64,000 bases of DNA from an uncultured bacterium. Its GTDB lineage: Bacteria; Patescibacteriota; Saccharimonadia; Saccharimonadales; 2-12-FULL-41-12. The translations under genes and the position numbers were made by a program. The stretch is from assembly GCA_963834265.1 (NCBI GenBank), contig CAWIAU010000001.1, positions 327,572-391,571 of the forward strand, read 5' to 3'. The notes below the pieces were generated by a model that had not been told where the DNA came from, searched no databases, and was given only the letters and a program-made list of their open reading frames with translations. Below are positions 1-10,300 of the stretch, in pieces; position 1 is the first letter of the stretch, and each line of letters opens with the position of its first letter.

Positions 1-100
1 AATTTACGGTTCCCGATTTTCATTCCGAACTGCACTCAAACGAATGAACTACAGGCCGGGGATGCTTGACCGGGTATGTAATAGCCTATAATCTTATGGT

Positions 101-364
101 ATGAAAGTACTTTTGTTGTATCGGCCGGCGTCGGAACATGCGAGTGCAATAGAGGAATTTATGCGTGAGTTCACCAGAGTCCATACAGGTCATAGTATAA
201 GTCTGTTAAGTGTTGATACACGCGATGGGGTGGCTACTGCTTCGCTTTATGACATCATGAGATATCCCGCCGTCCTGGCTCTGGCAGATGATGGTCAGCT
301 GATCAAGCTATGGGACGGTGATTATCTGCCGCTCATGAACGAAGTAGCATACTACGCTCACTAG
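101..364 (+). CDS. small hypothetical protein, thioredoxin-fold-like but without a CxxC motif
   Basis: 87-aa ORF with a beta-alpha-beta-like pattern and an RYPAVL (cis-Pro-loop-like) segment. It has no catalytic cysteines. It sits directly upstream of the ileS leader. Confidence 0.5.
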   Translation: MKVLLLYRPASEHASAIEEFMREFTRVHTGHSISLLSVDTRDGVATASLYDIMRYPAVLALADDGQLIKLWDGDYLPLMNEVAYYAH

Positions 365-415
365 GTTTCCCGCCATTAATGTATGGGAGATGAGGGACTC
401 GTGTATAATTAATAA

Positions 416-625
416 CAGATGCGTTTTGCCAGAGAGGCGAATGAGCGGCTATCAACCGTGAATGCACCGGGAAGAACACCTTCTGAAGAAGGTAAGTAAA
501 ACTCAGGCGGGCAGGCCCGTAACAGCCTTAACTAAGCGCTGAACGTCAGAGGTAACTCTCGTTTGGAAGTCAGATGGTACCATCCGCTTTGTAGCGGATT
601 CTGACATTCAGATGAGAGTTTTTAT
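416..625 (+). promoter_or_regulatory. T-box-like tRNA-sensing leader upstream of ileS
   Basis: TATAAT lies at 404-409. An AGAGA element is at 431-435 and AUC followed by A at 451-454. An antiterminator-like element is formed by helix GUCAGA 569-574 / UCUGAC 600-605, a 7-nt bulge UGGUACC 575-581, and helix AUCCGCU 582-588 / AGCGGAU 593-599. The stem extends further (554-568 pairs with 606-620) and is followed by a U-run at 620-624. Confidence 0.55.
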
Positions 626-656
626 ATATTTAAGACAAGAAAGCCCCTAAATTATT

Positions 657-3536
657 ATGAAATTCAATAAGAATACCCGCCGAAAGGCGATCGATTACGA
701 AAAAGATCTGGTTCAGTACTGGAAACAGAACAAAACATTTGAAAAATCAGTCAATAACCGGCCGGAAGGCAATAGCTATGTATTCTATGATGGCCCGCCT
801 TTCATCACAGGGGTGCCGCATCATGGTACGTTGCTGACATCTATCGTAAAGGATGTCGTCCCGAGATATTGGACCATGAAAGGCAAACGGGTGGAGCGTG
901 TCTGGGGCTGGGACTGTCATGGCTTGCCGGCAGAAGTATTTACGGAAAAAAAGCTGGGTATTGCTGACAAAAGGGATATCGGGACCAAGGTGAGTCTGGA
1001 GGAATATATAACTACCTGCCGTGGGAACATGGTGCAGACTGGGTCTCTCTGGGAAGATACAATTGATCGTATCGGTCGTTGGGTTGACTTCCGGGGTGCT
1101 TATAGCACAATGGACAAAGAATATATGGAATCGGTCTGGTGGGCCTTCAGGGAGCTCTATAACAGCGGGAAGGTCTATGAAGGGGAAAAGGTGCTTCTTT
1201 ATTGTACGCGCGATGCTACACCCATCAGCAAAGCCGAGGTGGCCATGGATAACAGCTATCAGGATGTAACAGATCCATCAGTTTATATTAAATTTAAGCT
1301 GATCGACGAAGATACTCATCTGTTGGCATGGACTACTACTCCTTGGACATTGCCAGCTAATACAGCCGCAGCGGTGAATAACAATATTGAGTATACAGAA
1401 GTTGAGCTGGACGGTGAGAAACTGATACTGGCAACTGAGCTGCTAGACAAAGTTCTGACTGATGAGAGGCATAAAATTCTTGATTATGTTGTCATTCGTA
1501 CAATGAAAGGCAGTGAACTGACAGGGAAGAAGTACCAGCCACTATTTAAAAATCAGGGTGAGAATGCTCACACGGTTTATCATGCTGATTATGTGAATCT
1601 GGAAGATGGAACCGGGATTGTACATTTGGCGCCGGCTTACGGCGAAGAAGACTTCGAGCTGGCAAAGTCAGAAGGATTTCCTGTTGTTTCCAATATTGAT
1701 GACAGTGGATTTTACAACAGCGGGGACTGGAAAGGAGCGTACGTCTGGGAGATAAATAAACAAATCGCTAAAGATTTATATGAACAAAAAGTTGTCTGGA
1801 AGATTGACTACATCCGGCACAGTTATCCGCACTGTCATCGCTGTGGTACCAAACTCATGTATCGTGCTCACCCCAGTTGGTTTATGGATATCGAGGGGCA
1901 GCGCACCAGAATGTTAGAAGAAAATAGTTCAATAAACTGGTTCCCTGAACATATCAAAAAGGGGCGATCTGAGAAGACCATACAAAGTGCACCGGACTGG
2001 AATCTCAGTCGCGACCGATTCTGGGCTACGGCTATGCCGGTGTGGAAGGGCACAGATGGTAAAGGTAAAGAACATGTGAAGGTGATTGGTAGCTACGCTG
2101 AACTCAAGGAGTTATCCGGCCGGGAATTAGAAGATTATCACCGCCCGTGGATAGACGATATTACGTTCGTGCTGGACGGGATAAAGTACAAACGAATTGA
2201 TAAAGTGCTGGATTGCTGGTTTGAATCGGGTTCTATGCCTTTTGCCCAATTTCATTATCCTTTTAAAAATACTGATAAATTTGAGAGTAATTTCCCTGGT
2301 GACTTCATCGTAGAGTATATTCCTCAGGTCAGAGCCTGGTTCTACTACATGAACGCAGTGAGTATCGGAGTGTTCGACAAACCGGCGTTCAAAACAGCTC
2401 TGGTGCATGGCACGATTGCCGGCAACGATGGCCGAAAGATGAGCAAGAGCTTCGGTAACTATACCGATCCAAATGAACTTATGGATACTTATAGCGCAGA
2501 TGCCCTGCGATTCCTGTTCCTGAGCTCTCCTCTGTTAAGTGGCGAAGATTATGCCATGAATGATAAAGATGTTGCCGATGTGGCGCGCAAACTCAGTATG
2601 GTGTGGAACATGTATGATTTCTTTACTCTGTACGCTGAAGTAGATAAGTGGGAGTGGAATGGTACAAACGAAGATCCTACCCCCGATCTTACAAATGTCC
2701 TGGACCAATGGATTGTATCCAGAGTCCATCAGCTATCTACAGAGGTGGATGAGCACATGCAGCGTTATGATCTGGCCGGAGCCGTCAAGCCGATTCTGCC
2801 ATTTATAGATGATGCTTCTAACTGGTATATTCGTCGTAGTCGCAAGCGTTTCTGGAAAAGTGACAATGATAGCGATAAAAATGACGCATATAAGACCCTG
2901 CACTATGTTCTGGTCCAGCTCAGCATGATTATGGCTCCTTTTACGCCCTTTCTGGCGGAGGAGCTCTACCGTAAGCTTACAGACGGTGAGTCGGTTCATC
3001 TTCTGGATTGGCCTGCGGCAGGGCACGTAAATGAGCAGCTGATCGACAGAATGGCCGTACTGCGTAAGCTCATCAGTAGTGGTCTGGAAATGCGGGCCAA
3101 AGAGGGAATTAAGGTTCGCCAACCATTATCTTCCGCCACACTGGAGTGGTCAAACGACTTCGGAGCGGAATTATTGGATATTGCCCGGGATGAGTTGAAT
3201 GTAAAAGAGGTGCAGTTTACAAAAGCAGGTGAAGATACTCACAAAATCAAACTGGTTACCAATATCACAGAGGAGTTGAAGCGGGAAGGCCTGGCGCGGG
3301 AAATTATCCGACAGGTTCAGAATGCCCGCAAGCTGGCAGATCTGAACGTAGATGACCGGATCATACTGGAGTTGAAGAGTACAGGCTCAGCTGTTACGGA
3401 GGCTATTCAAGAATTTGACCAGATTATTCGCGAAGAAACGCTCAGTAATACGATTGAGAGCGGGCTAAACACCTCTTACAAGACCACAGTAATGATAAAT
3501 GACGTAGAGTTACATATCCACTTACAACGTGCGTAG
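657..3536 (+). CDS. ileS: isoleucine--tRNA ligase (type 2-like)
   Basis: 959-aa ORF. It has a class I HIGH-region variant (PPFITGVPHHGTLL), a KMSKS motif (GRKMSKSFGN) and an editing-domain-sized insertion. Confidence 0.97.
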   Translation: MKFNKNTRRKAIDYEKDLVQYWKQNKTFEKSVNNRPEGNSYVFYDGPPFITGVPHHGTLLTSIVKDVVPRYWTMKGKRVERVWGWDCHGLPAEVFTEKKLGIADKRDIGTKVSLEEYITTCRGNMVQTGSLWEDTIDRIGRWVDFRGAYSTMDKEYMESVWWAFRELYNSGKVYEGEKVLLYCTRDATPISKAEVAMDNSYQDVTDPSVYIKFKLIDEDTHLLAWTTTPWTLPANTAAAVNNNIEYTEVELDGEKLILATELLDKVLTDERHKILDYVVIRTMKGSELTGKKYQPLFKNQGENAHTVYHADYVNLEDGTGIVHLAPAYGEEDFELAKSEGFPVVSNIDDSGFYNSGDWKGAYVWEINKQIAKDLYEQKVVWKIDYIRHSYPHCHRCGTKLMYRAHPSWFMDIEGQRTRMLEENSSINWFPEHIKKGRSEKTIQSAPDWNLSRDRFWATAMPVWKGTDGKGKEHVKVIGSYAELKELSGRELEDYHRPWIDDITFVLDGIKYKRIDKVLDCWFESGSMPFAQFHYPFKNTDKFESNFPGDFIVEYIPQVRAWFYYMNAVSIGVFDKPAFKTALVHGTIAGNDGRKMSKSFGNYTDPNELMDTYSADALRFLFLSSPLLSGEDYAMNDKDVADVARKLSMVWNMYDFFTLYAEVDKWEWNGTNEDPTPDLTNVLDQWIVSRVHQLSTEVDEHMQRYDLAGAVKPILPFIDDASNWYIRRSRKRFWKSDNDSDKNDAYKTLHYVLVQLSMIMAPFTPFLAEELYRKLTDGESVHLLDWPAAGHVNEQLIDRMAVLRKLISSGLEMRAKEGIKVRQPLSSATLEWSNDFGAELLDIARDELNVKEVQFTKAGEDTHKIKLVTNITEELKREGLAREIIRQVQNARKLADLNVDDRIILELKSTGSAVTEAIQEFDQIIREETLSNTIESGLNTSYKTTVMINDVELHIHLQRA

Positions 3537-3626
3537 AACTAAGTTCTGGACTTTAGGGGTCGCATCTGTTATGGTTGAATGAGTAAACTTGGCAAATAGC
3601 CAAAAATCAGGAGCTAAAGAGAGTAT

Positions 3627-3935
3627 ATGAAGAAAGCAGTTATAGCTACAGGTGGCAAACAATACCTTGTTTCAGAAGGTGAAACTATATCTGTTGAGCT
3701 TCTGAAAAGCACTAACAAAGATATTAAATTTGATGCGCTTTTGGTTATCGATGATCAGAAAGTAAGCGTAGGCTCACCTAACATCAGCGGTATATCAGTT
3801 AATGCAGAAATCGTTCAGGAAGATGTTCAACAGGACAAGGTTTCCTCTATACGCTACAAAGCCAAGAAGCGGGTACATACTGTTCGTGGCCATCGCCAAC
3901 ACCTGACGGTACTGAAGATAAACTCTATAAAATAA
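3627..3935 (+). CDS. rplU: 50S ribosomal protein L21
   Basis: 102 aa with the typical L21 N-terminus (AVIATGGKQYLVSEGETI) and a basic C-terminus. An AGGAG Shine-Dalgarno site lies upstream. Confidence 0.95.
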   Translation: MKKAVIATGGKQYLVSEGETISVELLKSTNKDIKFDALLVIDDQKVSVGSPNISGISVNAEIVQEDVQQDKVSSIRYKAKKRVHTVRGHRQHLTVLKINSIK

Positions 3936-3959
3936 CAGATCCCCGCTTCCATAATCGAG

Positions 3960-3981
3960 AGACAATTTTTATTGTCTGTTT
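3960..3981 (+). terminator. weak hairpin plus T-rich tail after rplU
   Basis: AGACAAT (3960-3966), TTTT loop, ATTGTCT (3971-3977), followed by GTTTC. The stem is AT-rich and therefore weak. Confidence 0.3.
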
Positions 3982-4044
3982 CGGGTTCAAAACAGTAAAA
4001 ATTGAGAAAATTATAGAGAAAAAGGGATTATCTCAAAATTGCGC

Positions 4045-4081
4045 TGTGGAAAAGATAACTAAAATTCAAAAGTTATCCACA
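4045..4081. promoter_or_regulatory. DnaA-box-like inverted repeat (TGTGGAAAA ... TTATCCACA)
   Basis: A perfect TTATCCACA 9-mer lies at 4073-4081. It faces TGTGGAAAAGATAACT at 4045-4060, and GATAACT/AGTTATC form a perfect 7-bp inverted repeat. Confidence 0.3.
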
Positions 4082-4210
4082 GTATATAATTAACTCAATA
4101 AAAAGTGATGCAAATTTTGCAACAGCTTTTTACTGTTATAATCAGTTTAGATAAAATAACGACCACAGTTTTTGTTGTATAAATAACTATAATATAATTA
4201 CATATTTTAA

Positions 4211-4252
4211 AATAATACTCACATTTTTACGAACAAAAATGTGAGTATTATT
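4211..4252 (+). terminator. perfect 18-bp hairpin (insulator/terminator or 5'-UTR structure) upstream of giant gene 1
   Basis: AATAATACTCACATTTTT (4211-4228), loop ACGAAC, AAAAATGTGAGTATTATT (4235-4252). The 3' flank is U-rich. Confidence 0.4.
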
Positions 4253-4371
4253 TGTATGCGGATTACTCTTGACCATCAGGGGTAGGAGTCGCCATAGTAA
4301 GACTCACTAAGCCAAAAATAAAACTTAGTAAAACAAACCAAACTAAAACCAAAGCAAACAAAACCAAACAA

Positions 4372-7300
4372 ATGTTTTCGCAAATAAAAAATACTTTGAT
4401 TAATATCGTCAGCCCTTTCAGGGGTCTTGCGTTTGGTTTGTTGGTGCTGCTTTCTCTGGTAGGTTCGGTATATAACATTACGCGCGTAAATAATCCTGCC
4501 TCTGTTCAAGCTGCCGCCAGTAGCACGATCAACTTCCAGGCCCGCCTCAGCTCTGCCAGCGGCCAGGTTGTCCCTGACGGCAACTACTTTATCGAATTTA
4601 ATCTGTATACTGCTGCCAGTGGTGGTACAAGTGTCTGGAGAGAAATATATCAGGGCAGTGCTTACACCTGTGCCTTCGGCAGTGCCACCGGTGCCACCAA
4701 CAACAAGGTCAGAGTAGTGAATGGTTATTTGACTGTTAACCTGGGTGAGCTCTGTACTTTCCCGTCTACCATCAACTGGGACCAGGAGCACTGGCTGACC
4801 ATGAACGTCGGCGGAAGTGGTGGTGCGGCACTCTACGACGGCGAGATGACACCACGATTGAAGCTGACCGCGGTGCCTTATGCCTTTGCGGCTGGGCAGC
4901 TGAGGAAACAGACCGGTGGGGCAAACTCCAGTGGAGTACTGGAATTCGCCACACTGACTGCTGATCGCAAGTTCATACTACCTGATACCAACCTGGCAAC
5001 TACCGCCAGTCCCGGCACGGTTTGCGTGTTCAACGGGGCAGTCAGCAACTGTCCGGCGGCAACTGGCTCGGCATCGTATATCCAGAACACTATCGGAGGG
5101 GCAACACCGCAGACAGAGGCGAACTTCAACATTCAGGCATATAACAGCGGTGCGGCAGGTACGGTGGGTGGCCGGATCCGCGGGGCGGCGAATGGGCAGA
5201 CAGCAGATCTATTCCAGCTTCAGGCTACGGACGGCACTATCCTTACTGCCTTTAACTCTTCAGGTCAATTGGTTTTTGGACCGAGTGGTGCGCAGGATAC
5301 TAACCTCTACCGCAGTTCAGCAAATATTCTTAAGACAGATGATGCCCTGGATGTTGGTTCAACTATTACGTCCGGTGATGCTTTGACTGTTTCTAACGGT
5401 ACCTCTGTGGGCAATATTGCTGTCTTTAGTGATGGCGCAACGCCAGTTGTTACCATCGCTGACGGCGGTTCGCTAACAGTTAACCCATCAGTTGCAGCAG
5501 CCACCATCACTGTCGGCGGCACCACCCAGACCGGTACCATAACCCTCGGTCAGGCCACCACGGCTGCCACCCAGCTCCTGAATATCCAGTCGGCTAACGG
5601 CACCGCTTCTACTCAGACTATAACCATCGGCGGCGGCACTTCCACTACTTCCGGCGGCAAGATAGTCAACATAGCCAACGGCACGCCCGGTGCCGGCACT
5701 ACCAACACTGTAGCCATTGGCAACGGCGGTACGACTACCGGTACAGTCGGTGTTACTCTCGGTAGCATAGGCGGAGCCGCCCACACGACTCTTATACAGG
5801 GTGGCAATGGTGCCTCTGCTGTATCTGTCCAGGCTGCGGCGTCGGGTACCATCAGTGTCGGTACCACCAACAATAACGTTATTAACCTCGGTACTGCTGC
5901 TGTTGCCGGCACCATCACTGTCGGCGGCACCACCCAGACCGGTACCATAACCCTCGGTCAGGCCACCACGGCTGCCACCCAGCTCCTGAATATCCAGTCG
6001 GCTAACGGCACCGCTTCTACTCAGACTATAACCATCGGCGGCGGCACTTCCACTACTTCCGGCGGCAAGATAGTCAACATAGCCAACGGCACGCCCGGTG
6101 CCGGCACTACCAACACTGTAGCCATTGGCAACGGCGGTACGACTACCGGTACAGTCGGTGTTACTCTCGGTAGCATAGGCGGAGCCGCCCACACGACTCT
6201 TATACAGGGTGGCAATGGTGCCTCTGCTGTATCTGTCCAGGCTGCGGCGTCGGGTACCATCAGTGTCGGTACCACCAACAATAACGTTATTAACCTCGGT
6301 ACTGCTGCTGTTGCCGGCACCATCACTGTCGGCGGCACCACCCAGACCGGTACCATAACCCTCGGTCAGGCCACCACGGCTGCCACCCAGCTCCTGAATA
6401 TCCAGTCGGCTAACGGCACCGCTTCTACTCAGACTATAACCATCGGCGGCGGCACTTCCACTACTTCCGGCGGCAAGATAGTCAACATAGCCAACGGCAC
6501 GCCCGGTGCCGGCACTACCAACACTGTAGCCATTGGCAACGGCGGTACGACTACCGGTACAGTCGGTGTTACTCTCGGTAGCATAGGCGGAGCCGCCCAC
6601 ACGACTCTTATACAGGGTGGCAATGGTGCCTCTGCTGTATCCATTCAATCAGCTACTTCCGGCACTATCGGCATAGGATCTTCCGGAGTAGCCAACACCG
6701 TCCAGATAGGTAACACCACTGGTGCGGTTACGCAGACTATTAATATAGGCAACAACACTACAGCCAGCTCAACCAATAATGTTGTCATCGGTTCTACAAT
6801 AGCCGGTACTACCACTCTCCAGAACGCTGCTACCATTAGTCTGAACTCTCCTGCCATCAACAGCAATGCCGCCACCCTAGCCTTATTCGCTACTCCGACC
6901 AACATTACACTGGGTGCGGCAGCCGCTACGTTCAACATCGGCCCGGCCGCTGCCGCTGCCGCCACCATCAACATTGCCGGCGGTTCGGGTGCGACTGGTT
7001 GTACGGTCGACGGGGCGACGGGGAATCTGGCTTGTTCCGGTACCATTACCGGCAGTGGCGGCACCGGCTTTTTGGGCAAGAACGTAGCCGACACTTCCAG
7101 CTTTGCCGTAACCGCAGCTAACTACCTCTACGGCTTCACTAACTCATCCAGTGCCGTAGCTTCCGGAGTCCTTAATATAGACAACGGCACTAATACCGGC
7201 AATGCTCTAAGAGTCACTACTGCCGGCAACCCGGGAGCCGGCAACGCTCTAATCTTCGCCAGCAACACCAATGCCAGCCCAAGCGGCAACCTATTAGATC

Positions 7301-10300
7301 TTCAGTCCGGCTCCAGTCCTACGAGTGTGTTTAGTGTGAATGCTGACGGACTCACAACGAGTGCCAGCCAAATAACATCCTATTACGGAGACAGCGGGCA
7401 AATAATTCTCACAAGAAATAATCCCGGAGGAGAAGCAAGAATAGTCCTTGGTAATAGCGGACAAGTTTATATTACTCACACGAATGCCAACGAGCTATCA
7501 GCGACGGGGAGTCTTATAATAGAGGGTGCCAGTTCCAACCTCACCGTCCAAGGCACGGGCACCAGTAATTTTGTTGGCAACGTAGATATAGCCGGCACCC
7601 TTAAGGCCGGAACAAGCGATGCCTTCCAAGTTGGTGCTACAGGAGTAGTTAATTATGTAGCCGGTTCAACCGATACCGCCGCCGCGGTTTGTCGTAATGC
7701 TGCTGGCCAGCTGGCAGGCTGCAACACCACCGGAAACGGTGCCGCGTTCATCCAGGGCGGCAATGCCTTCGCTGCTACTGCTGTACTGGGCACAACCGAT
7801 GCTAATGGTCTGCAGATTATCACTGGCAGCGGCGGTCCAAACGGCCGGGCATACTTCGACACCAGCAACAACTTATTCCTCGGCAATGCCGGAACTACCG
7901 GACTGGCTGCTGCTCCTAACGCCTTCACTATACAAGGCACTGGCAGCAGTGCGGCAGCTGGCGGAGCGGCTGGCGGCAACTTAACAATTAAAGCCGGAGT
8001 AGGAACGGCAACCGGCAGCGGTAGCGCCGGCGGAGTTCTGGCCTTAGCCGGCGGGGCGGCCCAAGGTAACGGAACAGTTGCCCGCAATGGAGGCGATTTA
8101 ACCCTAGATGGCGGTGCATTAATAGGAGCCGGTACAAAAGGCAATGTAATACTGCAGGGTAGCGGGGGCAATGTCGGCATAGGAATAGCCACTCCTGGCG
8201 CAAAGCTTGACGTCAAAGGTATCAATACCTCTAATTCTATCCTAGCTCTAAGCGTCGCTGGTTCGAGCGGTACTGGCTTACAGGTTTCAAACGCCAATAC
8301 TGTGAGTATAGGCGTTGCACCATTTGAGCATACTGCGCTTAGAATAACCAAAGACTTCGGTGCGCTTAACGCTAGTTTTGATGCAGCTATTGGTATTCAA
8401 GCAAATGTAACTGCCTCGGCTAATGCTGACGGCACAAGTGAAGTGGACGGAGTGATTGGTAACGCTATTCTGGCAGGATCAAACGCGCCAGCATACATTA
8501 TAGGAGGAGCTTTTTCTGGTATAAATGCGGCCACTGGCGCCGGCAACGTGCCGTTTGTATATGGGGTTACAGCCGCTACATCATCGACTGGATCCAAGTC
8601 AACAGATGATTTAATAGCAATCAAGGCTAGTAACCGGCTATCTTCCAGCGGTAATGCAACGCGGGCAACTGGCTTGTATGTCGACTCGCCAACAGCATTA
8701 AGCACCGGCCGGATAACCACTAACTACGGCATTTACATCAATACGCAGGCCACTGCAGCTGTTACGGGCAGTGCTTATGGGATTTATCAGCTCGGTGCTA
8801 GTGACCTAAACTATTTCGCGGGCAATGTCGGCTTAGGCGACACGGTTCCATCTACCAAGCTTTCTCTAGGCGGCACAGGCGTATCGAACGGCATAACTCT
8901 AGGTGACGACGCTGCCAGCCCGGTAAATCTTTATAGAAACGCAAACGATGAATTAAAAACCGACGACGCCTTCATTGTAGCCGGTCTCCTGACAGGCCAG
9001 GCCGGCGCTACTGTCTCCGGCGCAGCCATCAACCTCAACGCCTCCTCCAACTTCAACACCAGCATTAACACCGGCAACAGTACCGGTACCATAAGCATCG
9101 GCAATAGTGCTTCAACTGGTTTCACCCTAGAAAATGGTACGGGTACGGGAGTAAATGGAGTCAACCTCTTTAACGGCGCAACGGCACACACGATTCAGCT
9201 GGCTACCGGAGCGGCAGTCCAATCGGTTACTGTTGGTTCTACCAATACCACCAGCAGCCTAACCCTCCAAGCCGGCACCGGGCTCTTAAATATAGGCAAT
9301 GACAACGTAGCCAAGACTACCACCATAAACATCGGGGCTGAAGCTACCGGAGCAGACCTGATTGCTCTCGGATCTTCCAATGCCGGCTCTACGCTTACCT
9401 TGCTGGGCGGAACCGGTGCCGCTGCCATTCAGATAGGCAACAACGCCGCCTCTACCGGTATCCAAATAGGTAATGCCAACGGCGACAAAGACATCATCAT
9501 CGGCAACTCGCAGAACTCAGGTTCTACTATAAGCATAGAAGGCGGCACTGCCGCTACCGGCATACAGATAGGCAACTCAACAGCTGCCCATGGCATCCAG
9601 ATCGGTTCTAATGCCACCGGCGACAATGACATACTGCTGGGTGGCGCCAATGCCGGCTCTACGCTTATCCTAGAAGGCGGTACAGCCGCTAACGCCATCC
9701 AGATAGGCAACGGCGCAACCGCCCACGGCATCCAGATCGGCACCGGTGCTGCTGTTCAGACGCTGGTGATCGGTTCTACCAATACTACTTCAGCCACATC
9801 AATCCAGGGCGGCGTATCCGGCGCCATCAACATAGGCTCAGTCGGCTCATCTACGCTTTCATCTACTACTAATATAGCTAATACTTCCAATGCTACCGGC
9901 ACGCAGACTATTAACCTGGGTTCCAGCGCTAATGCGGCAAACGTTATTAACCTAACAGCTGGTTCCACCGGAGGAGTTAAGCTCAATACCCAGCTGGCTG
10001 CAACCGCTAACTCCCAGTACTTATGCCGCGACAGTTCGACCGCTATTCTTACAGCTTGTAACACCACCGGAAACGGTGCCGCGTTCATCCAGGGCGGCAA
10101 TGCCTTCGCTGCTACTGCTGTACTGGGCACAACCGATGCTAATGGTCTGCAGATTATCACTGGCAGCGGCGGTCCAAACGGCCGGGCATACTTCGACACC
10201 AGCAACAACTTATTTTTCGGCAATGCCGACAGCAGCGGCGTTAACACGGCTCCAACTGCGTTTAGCGTACGTGGTACGGGCAGCAACAACGTTGCTAATG

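Noticed and set aside
1-100. A possible 3' part of a 5S rRNA, based on CATTCCGAAC at 21-30 resembling the conserved CCGAAC loop region.
   Set aside because: The hairpin TTCATTC (19-25) / GAATGAA (41-47) places CCGAAC at the wrong side of the loop. The downstream loop-E/GAGAGTAGG-like elements are absent, and the 5' half lies outside the window. There is not enough support.
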